A stretch of DNA of 64,000 nt from Pedobacter sp. (GCA_045629525.1 JAZQRH010000012.1:24023-88022), one strand, 5' to 3'; counted from the first letter of the stretch, positions 1 through 10,091 are shown. The notes: generated from the sequence alone by a model not told the origin. Made by a program: numbers and translations.

Positions 1-1954
1 TGTATTTGTTGTACTGCGCACTGAGCACCGTGGCATTAAATTGCGCATTCATCTTCTTTGCATCTAAGCCTTTACCTCTTACTTTAGCTTTTGCAGTCAC
101 CCTGCCCAATGTGGGCTGTTGCTTAAGTAGCCTGCCGACGTTAAAACTGTTTAAGGCTATATCAGCCGTATAACTTTCGGCACCTTTGGCACCGCTCATA
201 TTTGCAGCTACATTTGCGCTACCCATATCTGTAGCTACATTTAAATTCGTAGCAAAGCTCGTCATAGTACCTTTAAAAACACCTTTTGTATCAATAACAT
301 TAGGCAACTCAATGCTTGGTGGTATTGAGTTTTTTGGCACTAAACTGATGATGTCGCTCTTTGTAACATGGACTTTTTTGATGTTAAGATCTAAGTACGC
401 TTTATTAACATCAGTTACATTTTTTGCTCTGCCACTTATATCGATCGCTAAGTTTTTAAAGCCGCTTACTTGTAATTGCGGGACGTTTAGGTCGTTCAGT
501 GATCCGTTAAGTTGTGCATTTACTTTTAGTTTTTGATTTTCGTATGCCTTAGGCAGGGCATTACTAAAAAAAGAAGCGTCTTTTAAACCCACACTAGTAT
601 TTTTAAGTGCAAGCTTAATTTTAACCCTTTCGGGATGTTTAGTTAAATCGTCTATAGAACTATAAGTGATATCGGTGGCATTTTCAATATTGGTGTGCGG
701 TGTCTTCAAGATGAAATTAGAAAGTTTTATTTGCTTATCGCTGTAAATAGCATCTCCTTTAAGTGCATTCAGTTCAAATCCGCTCTTGTCCTTTAACGAT
801 CCGTTTTTAACATTTATCTTAATGCCTTCGTTGTTGAAAACCAGGTCGGTAGCACCTAGGTTTAGGCCAGTAACATCCAGATGGTTAAAGTCGATCCCTT
901 TGGCCAGAGGTTTTGCTGCTAAATTATCGTATTGCAAATGGTTATTTACCAAATCTACTTTCTTTAACAGTAAAGCTAACGACGATTTCTCCTGAATAAC
1001 GGTGTCTTTTACTTTATCTAAATCGTTGCTTGGAGATGGCTTATAGGCAAACTTGACGAACGAGTTGGCCAGCTCACCTTCATCTGTTTGATAGATGTTT
1101 TTGGTTAAATCTACCAGTAAGTTTTTGAAATTTAGCTTGTTGATATTTGCAATGACATTTGTGGTGGTCAACTGATCGTTGTAATTAACCTTCACATTCG
1201 AAAAATTGAAGCGGTTAAGCTCAATGGTTGGCAGTTTTCCTTGCTCTTTTTGCGCACTATCGACGCTGTTGTTTAGGTGTTGTACTAATTGTACAAGAGG
1301 CTTTTGTTGTAAATAACTTAAAGAAGTGTTTTTAACTTCAAAACGATCAATTACATAATGTTGATTGGGCAAATCAAAATCTTTAATATTAGTTTCTAAC
1401 TTACCTAGATGAAACTTTACATCATTTCCAGCCACATCGTCCCGATAGTTAATCCCGATATCCTCAAGCGAAATTTTTTCAACGGAGAATTTCAATGTAG
1501 AAGTAGTGTCTTTTTCTATCTCAGGTTCTGGTTTTTTTTGATCGCTCATAAAGGCATCAACCAAAAAAGAAAAATTGAAAGAAGTGTCAGGATTAATTCT
1601 GTTAATGTTTGCCCTGATGTTTTTCAGCTTCACCGAATTAATTTCTACAGTATTACTGAGTAATTTTAATAGACTAATATCAACCTGAAATTTCTCGGCG
1701 TAAAGTAAAGTGTCTTTTTTTAGATCTTCGAGATAGAGTTTATTCAAGACCACATCTTTGGGAAAAGCAATTTTGATACTCTCTAGACTTACCTCGGTAT
1801 TTGTTTTTTTCTTTAGATAGCCAATTGCCTGATCTTTAACCAAGTTTTGAACCGCAGGAATATTTAACGAAAATGCTAAAAGTATTACCAATAAAATAAG
1901 ACTGGCAATGATCCATAATATAATTTTAAGACTTTTTCTAAAAAACGTATTCAA
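1..1954 (-). CDS. tamB: Translocation/assembly module TamB / AsmA-like protein (5' part; runs off window start)
   Basis: Not in ORF track (no stop in window). Manual reading from TTG at 1954 gives MNTFFRKSLKIILWIIASLILLVILLAFSLNIPAVQNLVKDQAIGYLKKKTNTEVSLESIKIAFPKDVVLNKLYLEDLKKDTLLYAEK, the typical Bacteroidota TamB N-terminus (TM anchor, then P.VQ..DTLLY). Confidence 0.8.
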   Translation of the reverse strand, partial: MNTFFRKSLKIILWIIASLILLVILLAFSLNIPAVQNLVKDQAIGYLKKKTNTEVSLESIKIAFPKDVVLNKLYLEDLKKDTLLYAEKFQVDISLLKLLSNTVEINSVKLKNIRANINRINPDTSFNFSFLVDAFMSDQKKPEPEIEKDTTSTLKFSVEKISLEDIGINYRDDVAGNDVKFHLGKLETNIKDFDLPNQHYVIDRFEVKNTSLSYLQQKPLVQLVQHLNNSVDSAQKEQGKLPTIELNRFNFSNVKVNYNDQLTTTNVIANINKLNFKNLLVDLTKNIYQTDEGELANSFVKFAYKPSPSNDLDKVKDTVIQEKSSLALLLKKVDLVNNHLQYDNLAAKPLAKGIDFNHLDVTGLNLGATDLVFNNEGIKINVKNGSLKDKSGFELNALKGDAIYSDKQIKLSNFILKTPHTNIENATDITYSSIDDLTKHPERVKIKLALKNTSVGLKDASFFSNALPKAYENQKLKVNAQLNGSLNDLNVPQLQVSGFKNLAIDISGRAKNVTDVNKAYLDLNIKKVHVTKSDIISLVPKNSIPPSIELPNVIDTKGVFKGTMTSFATNLNVATDMGSANVAANMSGAKGAESYTADIALNSFNVGRLLKQQPTLGRVTAKAKVRGKGLDAKKMNAQFNATVLSAQYNKY

Positions 1955-2107
1955 GCGTATAGGTGGTTTGTGTTTGTATTCAATCGTTTATGTGCAATGT
2001 GCATATTGGTACACATTTTTAAACAAAATAGGTGGCTGAAAGTTTGTATGGTGAGAAACTTTTGTCGCAAGGCAATTTTTGTTATTTCAAATTAGTATGT
2101 TTAATTT

Positions 2108-2602
2108 ATGAATGTACTCAATTTTAGTATTACTTACGAAACTTATAACGATTTAACTGAGCTCTCGGAGGTGGATAAAAACCTTTGCCTGAGTGCGGCA
2201 GAGGCTTTAAAAACCTCTTATTCGCCTTATTCTAAATTTAGTGTAGGTACTGCAATTGCACTTAGTGATGGTGAAGTCGTTTTGGGAAGCAATCAAGAAA
2301 ACGTAGCGTATCCTTCCGGTCTGTGTGCAGAACGTGTTGCGCTATTTGCCATTGGCAGCCGTAAACCAGCCGCGGTAATTTCAACGATGGCTATCACAGC
2401 ACATACCGAAAATTTCGAAATTAAACACCCTGTTACATCTTGTGGAGCCTGTCTACAGGTAATGGCGGAATTTGAGCAAAAACAGAAAACGCCCATAGCC
2501 GTCATTTTCTATTGCTTAAACGGTCAAATTATTAAGGTGAATGGAGTAAAAAGCTTGCTTCCTTTTGTATTTGTGGAAGATAGATTAGCCAAAAGCATTT
2601 AA
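2108..2602 (+). CDS. cdd: Cytidine deaminase
   Basis: SYSPYSKFSVG, G.NQENVAYPSGLCAER and SCGAC zinc-deaminase motifs. Confidence 0.92.
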   Translation: MNVLNFSITYETYNDLTELSEVDKNLCLSAAEALKTSYSPYSKFSVGTAIALSDGEVVLGSNQENVAYPSGLCAERVALFAIGSRKPAAVISTMAITAHTENFEIKHPVTSCGACLQVMAEFEQKQKTPIAVIFYCLNGQIIKVNGVKSLLPFVFVEDRLAKSI

Positions 2603-2606
2603 AATA

Positions 2607-2638
2607 ATTAAACCTCTATAGTTTTATAGAGGTTTAAT
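2607..2638 (+). terminator. Perfect 14-bp hairpin after cdd (probable terminator)
   Basis: ATTAAACCTCTATA-gttt-TATAGAGGTTTAAT starting 5 nt after the cdd stop; no strong U-tract. Confidence 0.55.
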
Positions 2639-2848
2639 ATAGATAGAGGTAGGGTCTTCTCATCGCTGTGTTTAGCAATTTGCGTAGTTAACCTAATGAA
2701 AAGATGATGCCAAATGCCAACACAGCTCATTTTTAGTAAAATAGGTTTTGATTTAGATTCTTTATGTAGTGCTTTTTTCTCAGTTAATGGAAAATTTGAA
2801 ACGTTTTGATTTCAAACTTCATATATTTAAAACTTAAAAGTGTAAGCT

Positions 2849-4498
2849 ATGAAGTGTCTAGCGTATTGCGCCATATTAACTTTTTTTCTTTTTTGTTTTG
2901 GATGCAAATCCGATAAAATCGACTTGGTCATCTACAACGCAAAAATTTATACGGTAGATGATAAGTTTAGCATTGCAGAGGCCATTGCAATAAACGATGG
3001 GAAGATTGTTGCGATTGGTACTGATAATGAAATAAAGAAATTCAAAGCCGATAGTCTAGTAGACGCTGGGGGGAGAGCTGTTTACCCGGGCTTTATTGAT
3101 GCCCATGCTCATTTTTTTGGCTATGCAGAAAGTTTGAATAGTGCAAACCTCACCGATGCATATTCGTGGGATGAAGTGTTAAAAGTTGTGCAGGAATTTG
3201 CCAATACTAAAAAAGAAGGCTGGATATTGGGTAGAGGCTGGGATCAAAACGACTGGCCTTCTAAAGATTTTCCAACAAAGGAAAAACTTGATCAGCTATT
3301 TCCAGATCGTCCCGTTTTGCTTACCCGTATTGACGGACACGCCGCCATTGCTAATCAGAAAGCTTTGGATATTGCTGGTATTAAAAGCGCATTAAACTTA
3401 AAAGGCGGGGAATTAATTACGTTAAACGGCAAGCTTACAGGCGTATTAATTGATAATGCTATTGACCTAGTGGCTACAAAAGTACCAGCTTTAACAGGGG
3501 AGGAAATGACAAAACTCCTTTTGAAGGCGCAACAAGATTGTTTTTCTGTAGGTTTAACAACAATAGACGATTGCGGTTTGAGTTACATTGCCGTTCAAAA
3601 AGCTGAAGCGCTACATAAAAGTGGCGAGTTAAAAATGCGCTTGTACATCATGTTATCAGATAATGAAAAGAATTATAATTATTTAATAAAAAGAGGGGCG
3701 ATAAAAACAGATCGTTTGCACGTAAGAGGTTTTAAAGTATTTGCGGATGGTGCTTTGGGCTCTAGGGGAGCATGTTTATTGCACCCCTACAGTGATGAAC
3801 CCTCTAAAACTGGTTTTTTACTGAGTGACTTGGCACACTTTGAGAAGGTGGCTAAATTAATAGATAAGCATAATTTCCAAATGTGCACTCACGCCATAGG
3901 CGATTCGGCGAATAGAGCAATTTTGAAAATTTATAACAGAATTTTGCCAAAAGATAATGACAAACGCTGGCGTATAGAACATGCCCAAGTTGTTAATCAA
4001 AGTGATTTTAACCTTTTTGGTAGTGCTAATGTTGTGCCATCTGTGCAACCTACGCACGCCACTTCTGATATGTATTGGGCGAAAAATCGTTTAGGTGCTG
4101 AGCGAGTTAAGGGTGCTTATGCCTACAAGCAGTTGCTCGAACAAAATGGCTGGATTGCCTTAGGAACAGATTTTCCGGTTGAGCAGATTAATCCGATGTT
4201 AACCTATTATGCTGCAACTGCCAGAGAAGATAACAAAGGTTATCCAATTGGAGGTTTCCAAATGGAGAATGCGCTTACACCCGAAGAAACATTGCGGGGT
4301 ATGACCATTTGGGCTGCTACTGCTAACTTCGAAGAAAATGAAAAGGGAAGTCTAGAGCTTGGCAAATTAGCCGATTTAGTAATTATGGAAACCGACTTCC
4401 TCCATGCAAAGCCACAACAAATATTAGAGAATAAAGTATGGAGAACTTACGTTAATGGAGAAAAAGTTTTCGATCGTAGTCATCACAATAACAAATAA
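2849..4498 (+). CDS. YtcJ-like amidohydrolase (Amidohydro_3), probable lipoprotein
   Basis: PGFIDAHAH, GRGWDQNDW, FADGALGSRGA, HAIGD, RIEHAQ and GTDFPVE motifs; lipobox-like CFGC at the N-terminus. Confidence 0.9.
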   Translation: MKCLAYCAILTFFLFCFGCKSDKIDLVIYNAKIYTVDDKFSIAEAIAINDGKIVAIGTDNEIKKFKADSLVDAGGRAVYPGFIDAHAHFFGYAESLNSANLTDAYSWDEVLKVVQEFANTKKEGWILGRGWDQNDWPSKDFPTKEKLDQLFPDRPVLLTRIDGHAAIANQKALDIAGIKSALNLKGGELITLNGKLTGVLIDNAIDLVATKVPALTGEEMTKLLLKAQQDCFSVGLTTIDDCGLSYIAVQKAEALHKSGELKMRLYIMLSDNEKNYNYLIKRGAIKTDRLHVRGFKVFADGALGSRGACLLHPYSDEPSKTGFLLSDLAHFEKVAKLIDKHNFQMCTHAIGDSANRAILKIYNRILPKDNDKRWRIEHAQVVNQSDFNLFGSANVVPSVQPTHATSDMYWAKNRLGAERVKGAYAYKQLLEQNGWIALGTDFPVEQINPMLTYYAATAREDNKGYPIGGFQMENALTPEETLRGMTIWAATANFEENEKGSLELGKLADLVIMETDFLHAKPQQILENKVWRTYVNGEKVFDRSHHNNK

Positions 4499-4533
4499 AT
4501 AATCTTACGTTCTCTTCCAAAAGAGAAAAATAA

Positions 4534-6357
4534 ATGAAAATGAACAAAGGAAATATCAAAGGATTTTTCGTAGCCTGCTTAATTGCAGTTTTTAGCCTGT
4601 CGGCATGTGCGCAAGACCACAAAAAAAATCAAAATCGACTGCTTGCGATTGGCAAAGTAGTGGAAAATACGGTGTTGCTAAATAATCAAAACAACTTTAT
4701 TCCGATTACAGGGCTGAGTAGTAAAAAAATAGCTTCTGTTAATTTAGGTTTAAAAGACCAAATTGGCTTCGATAGTCTTCTCAATAAATATGCTCCGGTA
4801 ACAAGTGTGAACTCGTTAAAATATACGGACTCTGTCACCTTGAATGATTTAGAGGATGACCTAAAGTTTTTCAATGTTATAATTATTGCATTAGATGATA
4901 AAATGGCTGCGAATGGAAAAAATTTAAACTTCGTGACCAATTTAGCCAAGTCAAAACAAGTAGTTGTTGCCTTATTTGGTGATGGAGCAGCTTTAAAATC
5001 GTTCGACGCATTTAATGGTCCTTTGGTTTGGAGTTCGTCAAACAACGAAGAGACTGCTTTAGTAGTTCCTCAAATTATCTTTGGGGGCATTGCAGCCCAA
5101 CATTTCCTTACCAAAACCTATGGGGAGAAATATGCTATTGGCGCTGGCTACACCACACAAGTTATCCGTTTAAAATATACGGTTCCCGAAGATGCTGGTG
5201 TTAATAGCAATGATTTGAAAGAAATTGAGGATATCGTAAATGAAGGCATCGCAAAAAAAGCAGCTCCTGGCATGGTGGTACTTGTTGCCAAGGATGGGAA
5301 GGTAATTTATAACAAAGCATTTGGTTCGCACACTTACGAGAATGCGCAGGCTACAAAGGTTACAGATATTTTCGATTTGGCATCGGTTACTAAAACAACT
5401 GCAACCACGCCAGCGGTAATGCGTTTGGTAGAACAACAAAAATTGAAATTAGATACGAATGTTGGTTTTTACATAGCTAAAGCGCGTAATACTCCAATGA
5501 ATGGCATCAATGTACGTGAAGTTTTGCTGCATCAAGCAGGATTTATACCCTTTATTCCTTTCCATAACTTTGTGAGAGAAGGTGATTACAGTAGAGACTC
5601 TTCGGCAACGTATCCAACTAAAGTAGCTGATAACTACTATATCAAAAAAGGGTTTTTTAATGATTTTATGTGGCCAAGAATGTTAAATTCTCCAATAAAA
5701 ACCAGAGGGAAGTACGTTTACAGTGATATCAGTATGTATGTAATGCAAGACATCGTTGAGCATATCTCCGAAATGCCAGAAGATAAATATGTGCAGCAAA
5801 ATTTCTACGGGCCTTTAGGTATGCAAACTGCGGGGTATCTGCCAAGAAATCGCTTTCCAAAAAGTAGAATAGTTCCCACCGAAGATGATCAAGTATTTAG
5901 AAAGACCTTATTAGAAGGTTACGTACACGATCAAGGCGCAGCTCTGGCGGGCGGTGTTGCAGGTCATGCAGGTTTATTTGGTAACGCTAACGATTTGGCC
6001 ATCTATAATCAGATGTTATTGAATAAGGGTAGCTACGGCGGCGAACAATATTTTACGGCTGAAACGGTAGATTTATTTACTAAAAAACATACCGAAAATA
6101 GTCGAAGAGGCTTAGGTTTCGACAGATGGGATCCTGATTTAACGAAGAAATATCCATCAGAACTTGCTTCACCGCAAACTTTTGGGCATACCGGCTACAC
6201 CGGAATTGGCGTTTGGGTAGATCCTGCGAGAAACCTTGTCTACGTCTTCTTGTCAAATCGAGTCCATCCTGGCGTGAGCGAAATGCTAGGAAAACTTAAT
6301 ATTCGTCCACGTATCCAAGATGTGGTCAACAAAGCTATAGATAATGGAAAGAAATAA
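4534..6357 (+). CDS. Secreted serine hydrolase (beta-lactamase/AmiE family) with N-terminal GH3-C-like domain
   Basis: Signal peptide (LSAC/ACA-Q); FDLASVTK (SxxK), YVYSD, GHAGLF and FGHTGYTG motifs; N-terminal ~200 aa (VLLNN..FIP..) resembles the domain that follows GH3 in GH3/beta-lactamase fusions. Confidence 0.85.
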   Translation: MKMNKGNIKGFFVACLIAVFSLSACAQDHKKNQNRLLAIGKVVENTVLLNNQNNFIPITGLSSKKIASVNLGLKDQIGFDSLLNKYAPVTSVNSLKYTDSVTLNDLEDDLKFFNVIIIALDDKMAANGKNLNFVTNLAKSKQVVVALFGDGAALKSFDAFNGPLVWSSSNNEETALVVPQIIFGGIAAQHFLTKTYGEKYAIGAGYTTQVIRLKYTVPEDAGVNSNDLKEIEDIVNEGIAKKAAPGMVVLVAKDGKVIYNKAFGSHTYENAQATKVTDIFDLASVTKTTATTPAVMRLVEQQKLKLDTNVGFYIAKARNTPMNGINVREVLLHQAGFIPFIPFHNFVREGDYSRDSSATYPTKVADNYYIKKGFFNDFMWPRMLNSPIKTRGKYVYSDISMYVMQDIVEHISEMPEDKYVQQNFYGPLGMQTAGYLPRNRFPKSRIVPTEDDQVFRKTLLEGYVHDQGAALAGGVAGHAGLFGNANDLAIYNQMLLNKGSYGGEQYFTAETVDLFTKKHTENSRRGLGFDRWDPDLTKKYPSELASPQTFGHTGYTGIGVWVDPARNLVYVFLSNRVHPGVSEMLGKLNIRPRIQDVVNKAIDNGKK

Positions 6358-6364
6358 ATTTATA

Positions 6365-6754
6365 ATGTTTACACTAGCGCAAATTAATGCAGCTCATGCA
6401 AAGGTTAAATCGGGCGCCGATTTTCCAACTTATGTAAGAGACATGAAGACTCTCGGAGTTAAAAATTACACGGTGCAGGTGAGCGATGGTGCCACTGTTT
6501 ACATAGGTGCCGAAGGTTTTTTCATTTCATCTCCACCAAAGTACGCCGCATTAACGATCAACAAAATTTTGGATAAGCTGGGTTTTGAAGCTGACTTAAA
6601 ACTGCATCAAAATGGTGGTACAAACTATGTTCAATTTTGTGAGGACTGCGCAAAATCCGGTATAGCGGGCTGGGTAATGAGTTTGACAAAAAACACCTGC
6701 AGCTACTTTGATGAAAAAGGTACAACAATTTTAACCGAACTTATTCCTACTTAG
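6365..6754 (+). CDS. DUF1398 (YdfO-like) protein
   Basis: MFTLAQINAAHAKVKSGADFPTYVRDMKTLGV..Y.V.V.DG, HQNGGTNY..FC..CAKSGI; start set at ATG 6365 rather than the overlapping 6344. Confidence 0.8.
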   Translation: MFTLAQINAAHAKVKSGADFPTYVRDMKTLGVKNYTVQVSDGATVYIGAEGFFISSPPKYAALTINKILDKLGFEADLKLHQNGGTNYVQFCEDCAKSGIAGWVMSLTKNTCSYFDEKGTTILTELIPT

Positions 6755-6789
6755 ATATATGTATTAGCGGAAGATTTAAGTGTCTTCCG

Positions 6790-7365
6790 CTAATTTCCTT
6801 TGAGGAACGCTATCAATTTTTTCATTGCAATGGCTCTATGGCTAATTCTATTTTTTTCGGCCATGTCCATCTCCGCAAATGTAATATCGTAGCCATTGGG
6901 CTCAAATATGGGGTCATAGCCAAAACCATTTTCACCGCTCGATGTGGTGCGTATGGTTCCCTCAATAGTTCCTTCAAAAAGATGATTTTTGCCTTCTCTC
7001 ATTAGCGAAATTACCGTTCTAAATCGAGCCTTCCGGTTATTTTCACCTTCCATATTTTTTAACAAAAGTTGGAGATTAGTTGCGTCGTCTTTAATACCAC
7101 TATAGCGTGCCGAAAATATCCCAGGTGCGTTATTTAAGGCCTCTACTTCCAAACCACTGTCATCTGCAAAGCAATCTAATGCATAATTTTCGTAGACGTA
7201 TTTACTTTTCAGACTAGCATTTTCTGCAAAAGTATCTCCGGTTTCTGGAATATCTACCAAACACCCGATGTCTTTGAGGTTTAGAACTTCGTAAGTTCCA
7301 TCTAATATTTTTGCAACTTCTTCGGTTTTATGAGCGTTATTGGTTGCAAAGACTAATTTTTTCAT
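6790..7365 (-). CDS. rdgB: Non-canonical purine NTP pyrophosphatase (dITP/XTP)
   Basis: [34 protein letters not shown] and SHRA Ham1 motifs. Confidence 0.95.
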   Translation of the reverse strand: MKKLVFATNNAHKTEEVAKILDGTYEVLNLKDIGCLVDIPETGDTFAENASLKSKYVYENYALDCFADDSGLEVEALNNAPGIFSARYSGIKDDATNLQLLLKNMEGENNRKARFRTVISLMREGKNHLFEGTIEGTIRTTSSGENGFGYDPIFEPNGYDITFAEMDMAEKNRISHRAIAMKKLIAFLKGN

Positions 7366-7371
7366 GTTGGC

Positions 7372-7977
7372 TTATAGATTTTTTAAAGTTCCCCATAACG
7401 CTTTTTTAGCAGGTATGTCTGTATCTAAATCATGCAGGTTGTGGGTAAATATGATCTTGGTTTCTTCAAAATTTCCGAGCTGATGTAGTGTTTGAAATGG
7501 TATGCCCAAATGCTCATTAGAAACACCGAAAGCAAAAACAGTTTTGCATTTAAAGAAGGCTTTAAAATGTTCAAATTTTGCAGAGCTATAAGCCGAATAG
7601 TTAACCAAGGCGAAATCGGCATTTTTTAAGTTAATAGATAGCACTAACTTTCTCAATAACTCTGTACCCTGCGGTGTGCTAACTGGATTTTCTTTATCGT
7701 TTACTAAAATTAAAATTGACTTTTCATTTTTCCCTAAGTACTTAAATTCTAAAGAAGCTTTGGGATAGTTTGCAGTCGGCTCTTCAAGTTTCGGCAATGT
7801 GGCAGTTTTTTCGGCGGCAATTGGCTCATTTTTTTGCGTTTCCTCTTTGCTAATGCCTTCTTTTAGAGGCTCAATTTTAGCCGAAGTTAAAGTCTGCGGG
7901 TCACCCACTAAATATATATCATCATTAAAAAATAAACGGAGCGCTTCGTCGTTATTAATAAGTTGGTTGCTATTCAT
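7372..7977 (-). CDS. Conserved hypothetical protein, possibly DNA polymerase III psi (HolD)-like
   Basis: Clean 201-aa ORF co-oriented with rdgB; short N-terminal motif, low-complexity linker, alpha/beta domain ending L..L......KKALW..L. Confidence 0.6.
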   Translation of the reverse strand: MNSNQLINNDEALRLFFNDDIYLVGDPQTLTSAKIEPLKEGISKEETQKNEPIAAEKTATLPKLEEPTANYPKASLEFKYLGKNEKSILILVNDKENPVSTPQGTELLRKLVLSINLKNADFALVNYSAYSSAKFEHFKAFFKCKTVFAFGVSNEHLGIPFQTLHQLGNFEETKIIFTHNLHDLDTDIPAKKALWGTLKNL

Positions 7978-8072
7978 TTTTTATGGAAAAATTTCTGTTA
8001 AAATTAGTTAAAAATCTTATTATAGCGCCTTAAATTGTTACTTTTATCCATTACTTAATAAACGCATCTTTT

Positions 8073-8654
8073 GTGAAAAAGGCCTGTTTTGTATTAGCTA
8101 TTGCATTATCTGGGGGTAATTTGTTTGCTCAAAACATTGCATCTATTAATGGAAATCCTATTAGTAGTGAAGAGTTTTTGTGGGTTTATCAGAAAAACAA
8201 TGGCAAAAATTCTGCTGTGAACTATAATGAGTTGGCTAACTATTTAAATTTGTATATCAATTTTAAATTGAAAGTGGCCGAAGCCAAATCTTTGGGATTA
8301 GATTTGGATAGTCTGTATAAGGAAGAAATTTCTGGATATGAGCAAGCACTGAAAGCTCAAAATAAAATTAGCGAAGGTAGCTCAGAATATCGCTACGTAA
8401 TGAACGAGTACAAAGAAGGCGTTTTGATGTTTAATGTGAGTGAGCAAAAGGTGTGGAATAAAATGCCTAATGACGATAAAGATTTTGCTGCTTTATTTGA
8501 TCAACCAAAGTACAAAGGGAAAGACTTTGAAGAGGTTAGAGGACAATTGGTTGCCGATTATCAACAAAGGATTGAGGCAGAATGGGTAAAGAATTTAAGA
8601 GCAAAATATAAAGTAAAAATTAACCAAGCGGAATTGAAGAAGTTAGCGAAGTAA
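8073..8654 (+). CDS. SurA-like chaperone lacking rotamase domains
   Basis: GTG start, signal peptide, IASINGNPISSEEF..Y.KNN..YL.LYINFKLKV.EA...GLD, and C-terminal FEEVRGQLVADYQ..IE..WVKNLRAKYKVKIN; no PPIase motif. Confidence 0.75.
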   Translation: MKKACFVLAIALSGGNLFAQNIASINGNPISSEEFLWVYQKNNGKNSAVNYNELANYLNLYINFKLKVAEAKSLGLDLDSLYKEEISGYEQALKAQNKISEGSSEYRYVMNEYKEGVLMFNVSEQKVWNKMPNDDKDFAALFDQPKYKGKDFEEVRGQLVADYQQRIEAEWVKNLRAKYKVKINQAELKKLAK

Positions 8655-8683
8655 TACAACAATCATTATTACACTAATAATTT

Positions 8684-8691
8684 TAACTTTG
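8684..8691 (+). promoter_or_regulatory. Bacteroidota sigma-A -7 element upstream of surA
   Basis: TAACTTTG matches TAnnTTTG, 29 nt before the ATG. Confidence 0.55.
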
Positions 8692-8720
8692 CAGAAAAAT
8701 ATTATAGAATAGTATAACGG

Positions 8721-10088
8721 ATGAAGAAATTTTTATCAATAGCAAGTGTACTTGTAGCCTTGTTTTTGAATGTTAACGCACAAAAAGCAAATTTAGATAA
8801 AGTTGTAGCAGTTGTTGGTAGCAACATCATCCTACTCTCTGATTTAAATCAACAATATGCAATTTACCTTAACCAAGGTAACCCTGCTGATGAAAACGCA
8901 AAATGTTATTTTTTGCAACAAATGTTGGTGCAAAAATTATTGAAACAGCAAGCAGAGATTGACTCTATTGTGGTAGAAGAAAACCAAGTGGACGAAGAGT
9001 TGGATAAACGTATGCGTTATCAAATTCAACGTATGGGCGGCCAAGAGCGCTTAGAACAATTCTTGCAAAAGTCCGTGCTGCAATATAAAGACGAAATGCG
9101 CCCGGATGTGAAGGAAGGGTTGATCGCCCAAAAAATGCAGCAAAAAATTACGGAAAATGTAGCGATCACCCCATTAGAGGTGAAAAAATATTTCGATAGC
9201 TATCCAAAAGATAGTTTGCCAGATATTGGTGCTGAAGTTGAAGTAGGTGAAATTGTGTTTAGCCCGAAATTAACCAAAGCCGAAAAGCAAAAATATTACG
9301 ATAAATTAGAGGCAATACGTTTACGTATAAAAAGTGGTGAAGATTTTGGTTTCTTAGCGAAAACTTACTCGGAAGATCCTGGTTCGGCATCGGAAGGTGG
9401 TGATTATGGTTTTATCGACAGACAAACCATGGTAAAAGAGTTTACCGCATGGGCGTTTAAATTAAAAGCAGGCGAAATGTCGCCCGTGTTTGAAACGGAA
9501 TACGGCTACCATATTTTGCAAGTGTTAGAGCGTAGAGGTGAACAATCTCACGTTCGTCACATATTGGTTCGTCCGCAAACTACGCTGCAAAGTTTAGAGC
9601 GTTCAAAAGGAAAAGCAGATAGCGTTTACAATGATTTAATTGCTAAAAAAATTCCGTTTGCTACGGCAGCTTCATTGTATTCTGACAACAAAGAAACGCA
9701 GTTTAATGGTGGTATGATGCTGTACGCTGACAACCAAACCGCAAGAACGACGTTTATGCCGGTAGAAAAATTAGACCCTGCGGTTTTCGTAGTGATTGAC
9801 ACGATGAAAGTGGGTAGTATTTCGCAACCTGTAGCTTTTAAAGATGACAGATCGGGCAAGGAAGGTTATAAAGTATTTTTCTTGAAGTCGAAAATTGCAC
9901 CTCATAAAGCCAGCTTAGAACAAGACTTTCCGAAATTTAAAGAACAAGCTCAGCGAGAGAAAGAATCAAAAATAATGAGCGAATGGTTTGAAAAACGTAA
10001 AGAAACTACTTATATTAGAATTGACGGTGAGTTTCAGACTTGTGATGAGTTGAAACTTTGGATAAAAAAAGATACTAATAGTAAATAG
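8721..10088 (+). CDS. surA: Periplasmic peptidyl-prolyl isomerase/chaperone SurA
   Basis: DKVVAVVG SurA N-domain; two rotamase domains (F..LAKTYSEDPGSASEGGDYG; HVRHILVRP..A.LYSD...NGG). Confidence 0.9.
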   Translation: MKKFLSIASVLVALFLNVNAQKANLDKVVAVVGSNIILLSDLNQQYAIYLNQGNPADENAKCYFLQQMLVQKLLKQQAEIDSIVVEENQVDEELDKRMRYQIQRMGGQERLEQFLQKSVLQYKDEMRPDVKEGLIAQKMQQKITENVAITPLEVKKYFDSYPKDSLPDIGAEVEVGEIVFSPKLTKAEKQKYYDKLEAIRLRIKSGEDFGFLAKTYSEDPGSASEGGDYGFIDRQTMVKEFTAWAFKLKAGEMSPVFETEYGYHILQVLERRGEQSHVRHILVRPQTTLQSLERSKGKADSVYNDLIAKKIPFATAASLYSDNKETQFNGGMMLYADNQTARTTFMPVEKLDPAVFVVIDTMKVGSISQPVAFKDDRSGKEGYKVFFLKSKIAPHKASLEQDFPKFKEQAQREKESKIMSEWFEKRKETTYIRIDGEFQTCDELKLWIKKDTNSK

Positions 10089-10091
10089 CCA

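Noticed and set aside
186-1663. Short plus-strand ORFs (186, 786, 1409)
   Set aside because: All are antisense to the continuous tamB frame.
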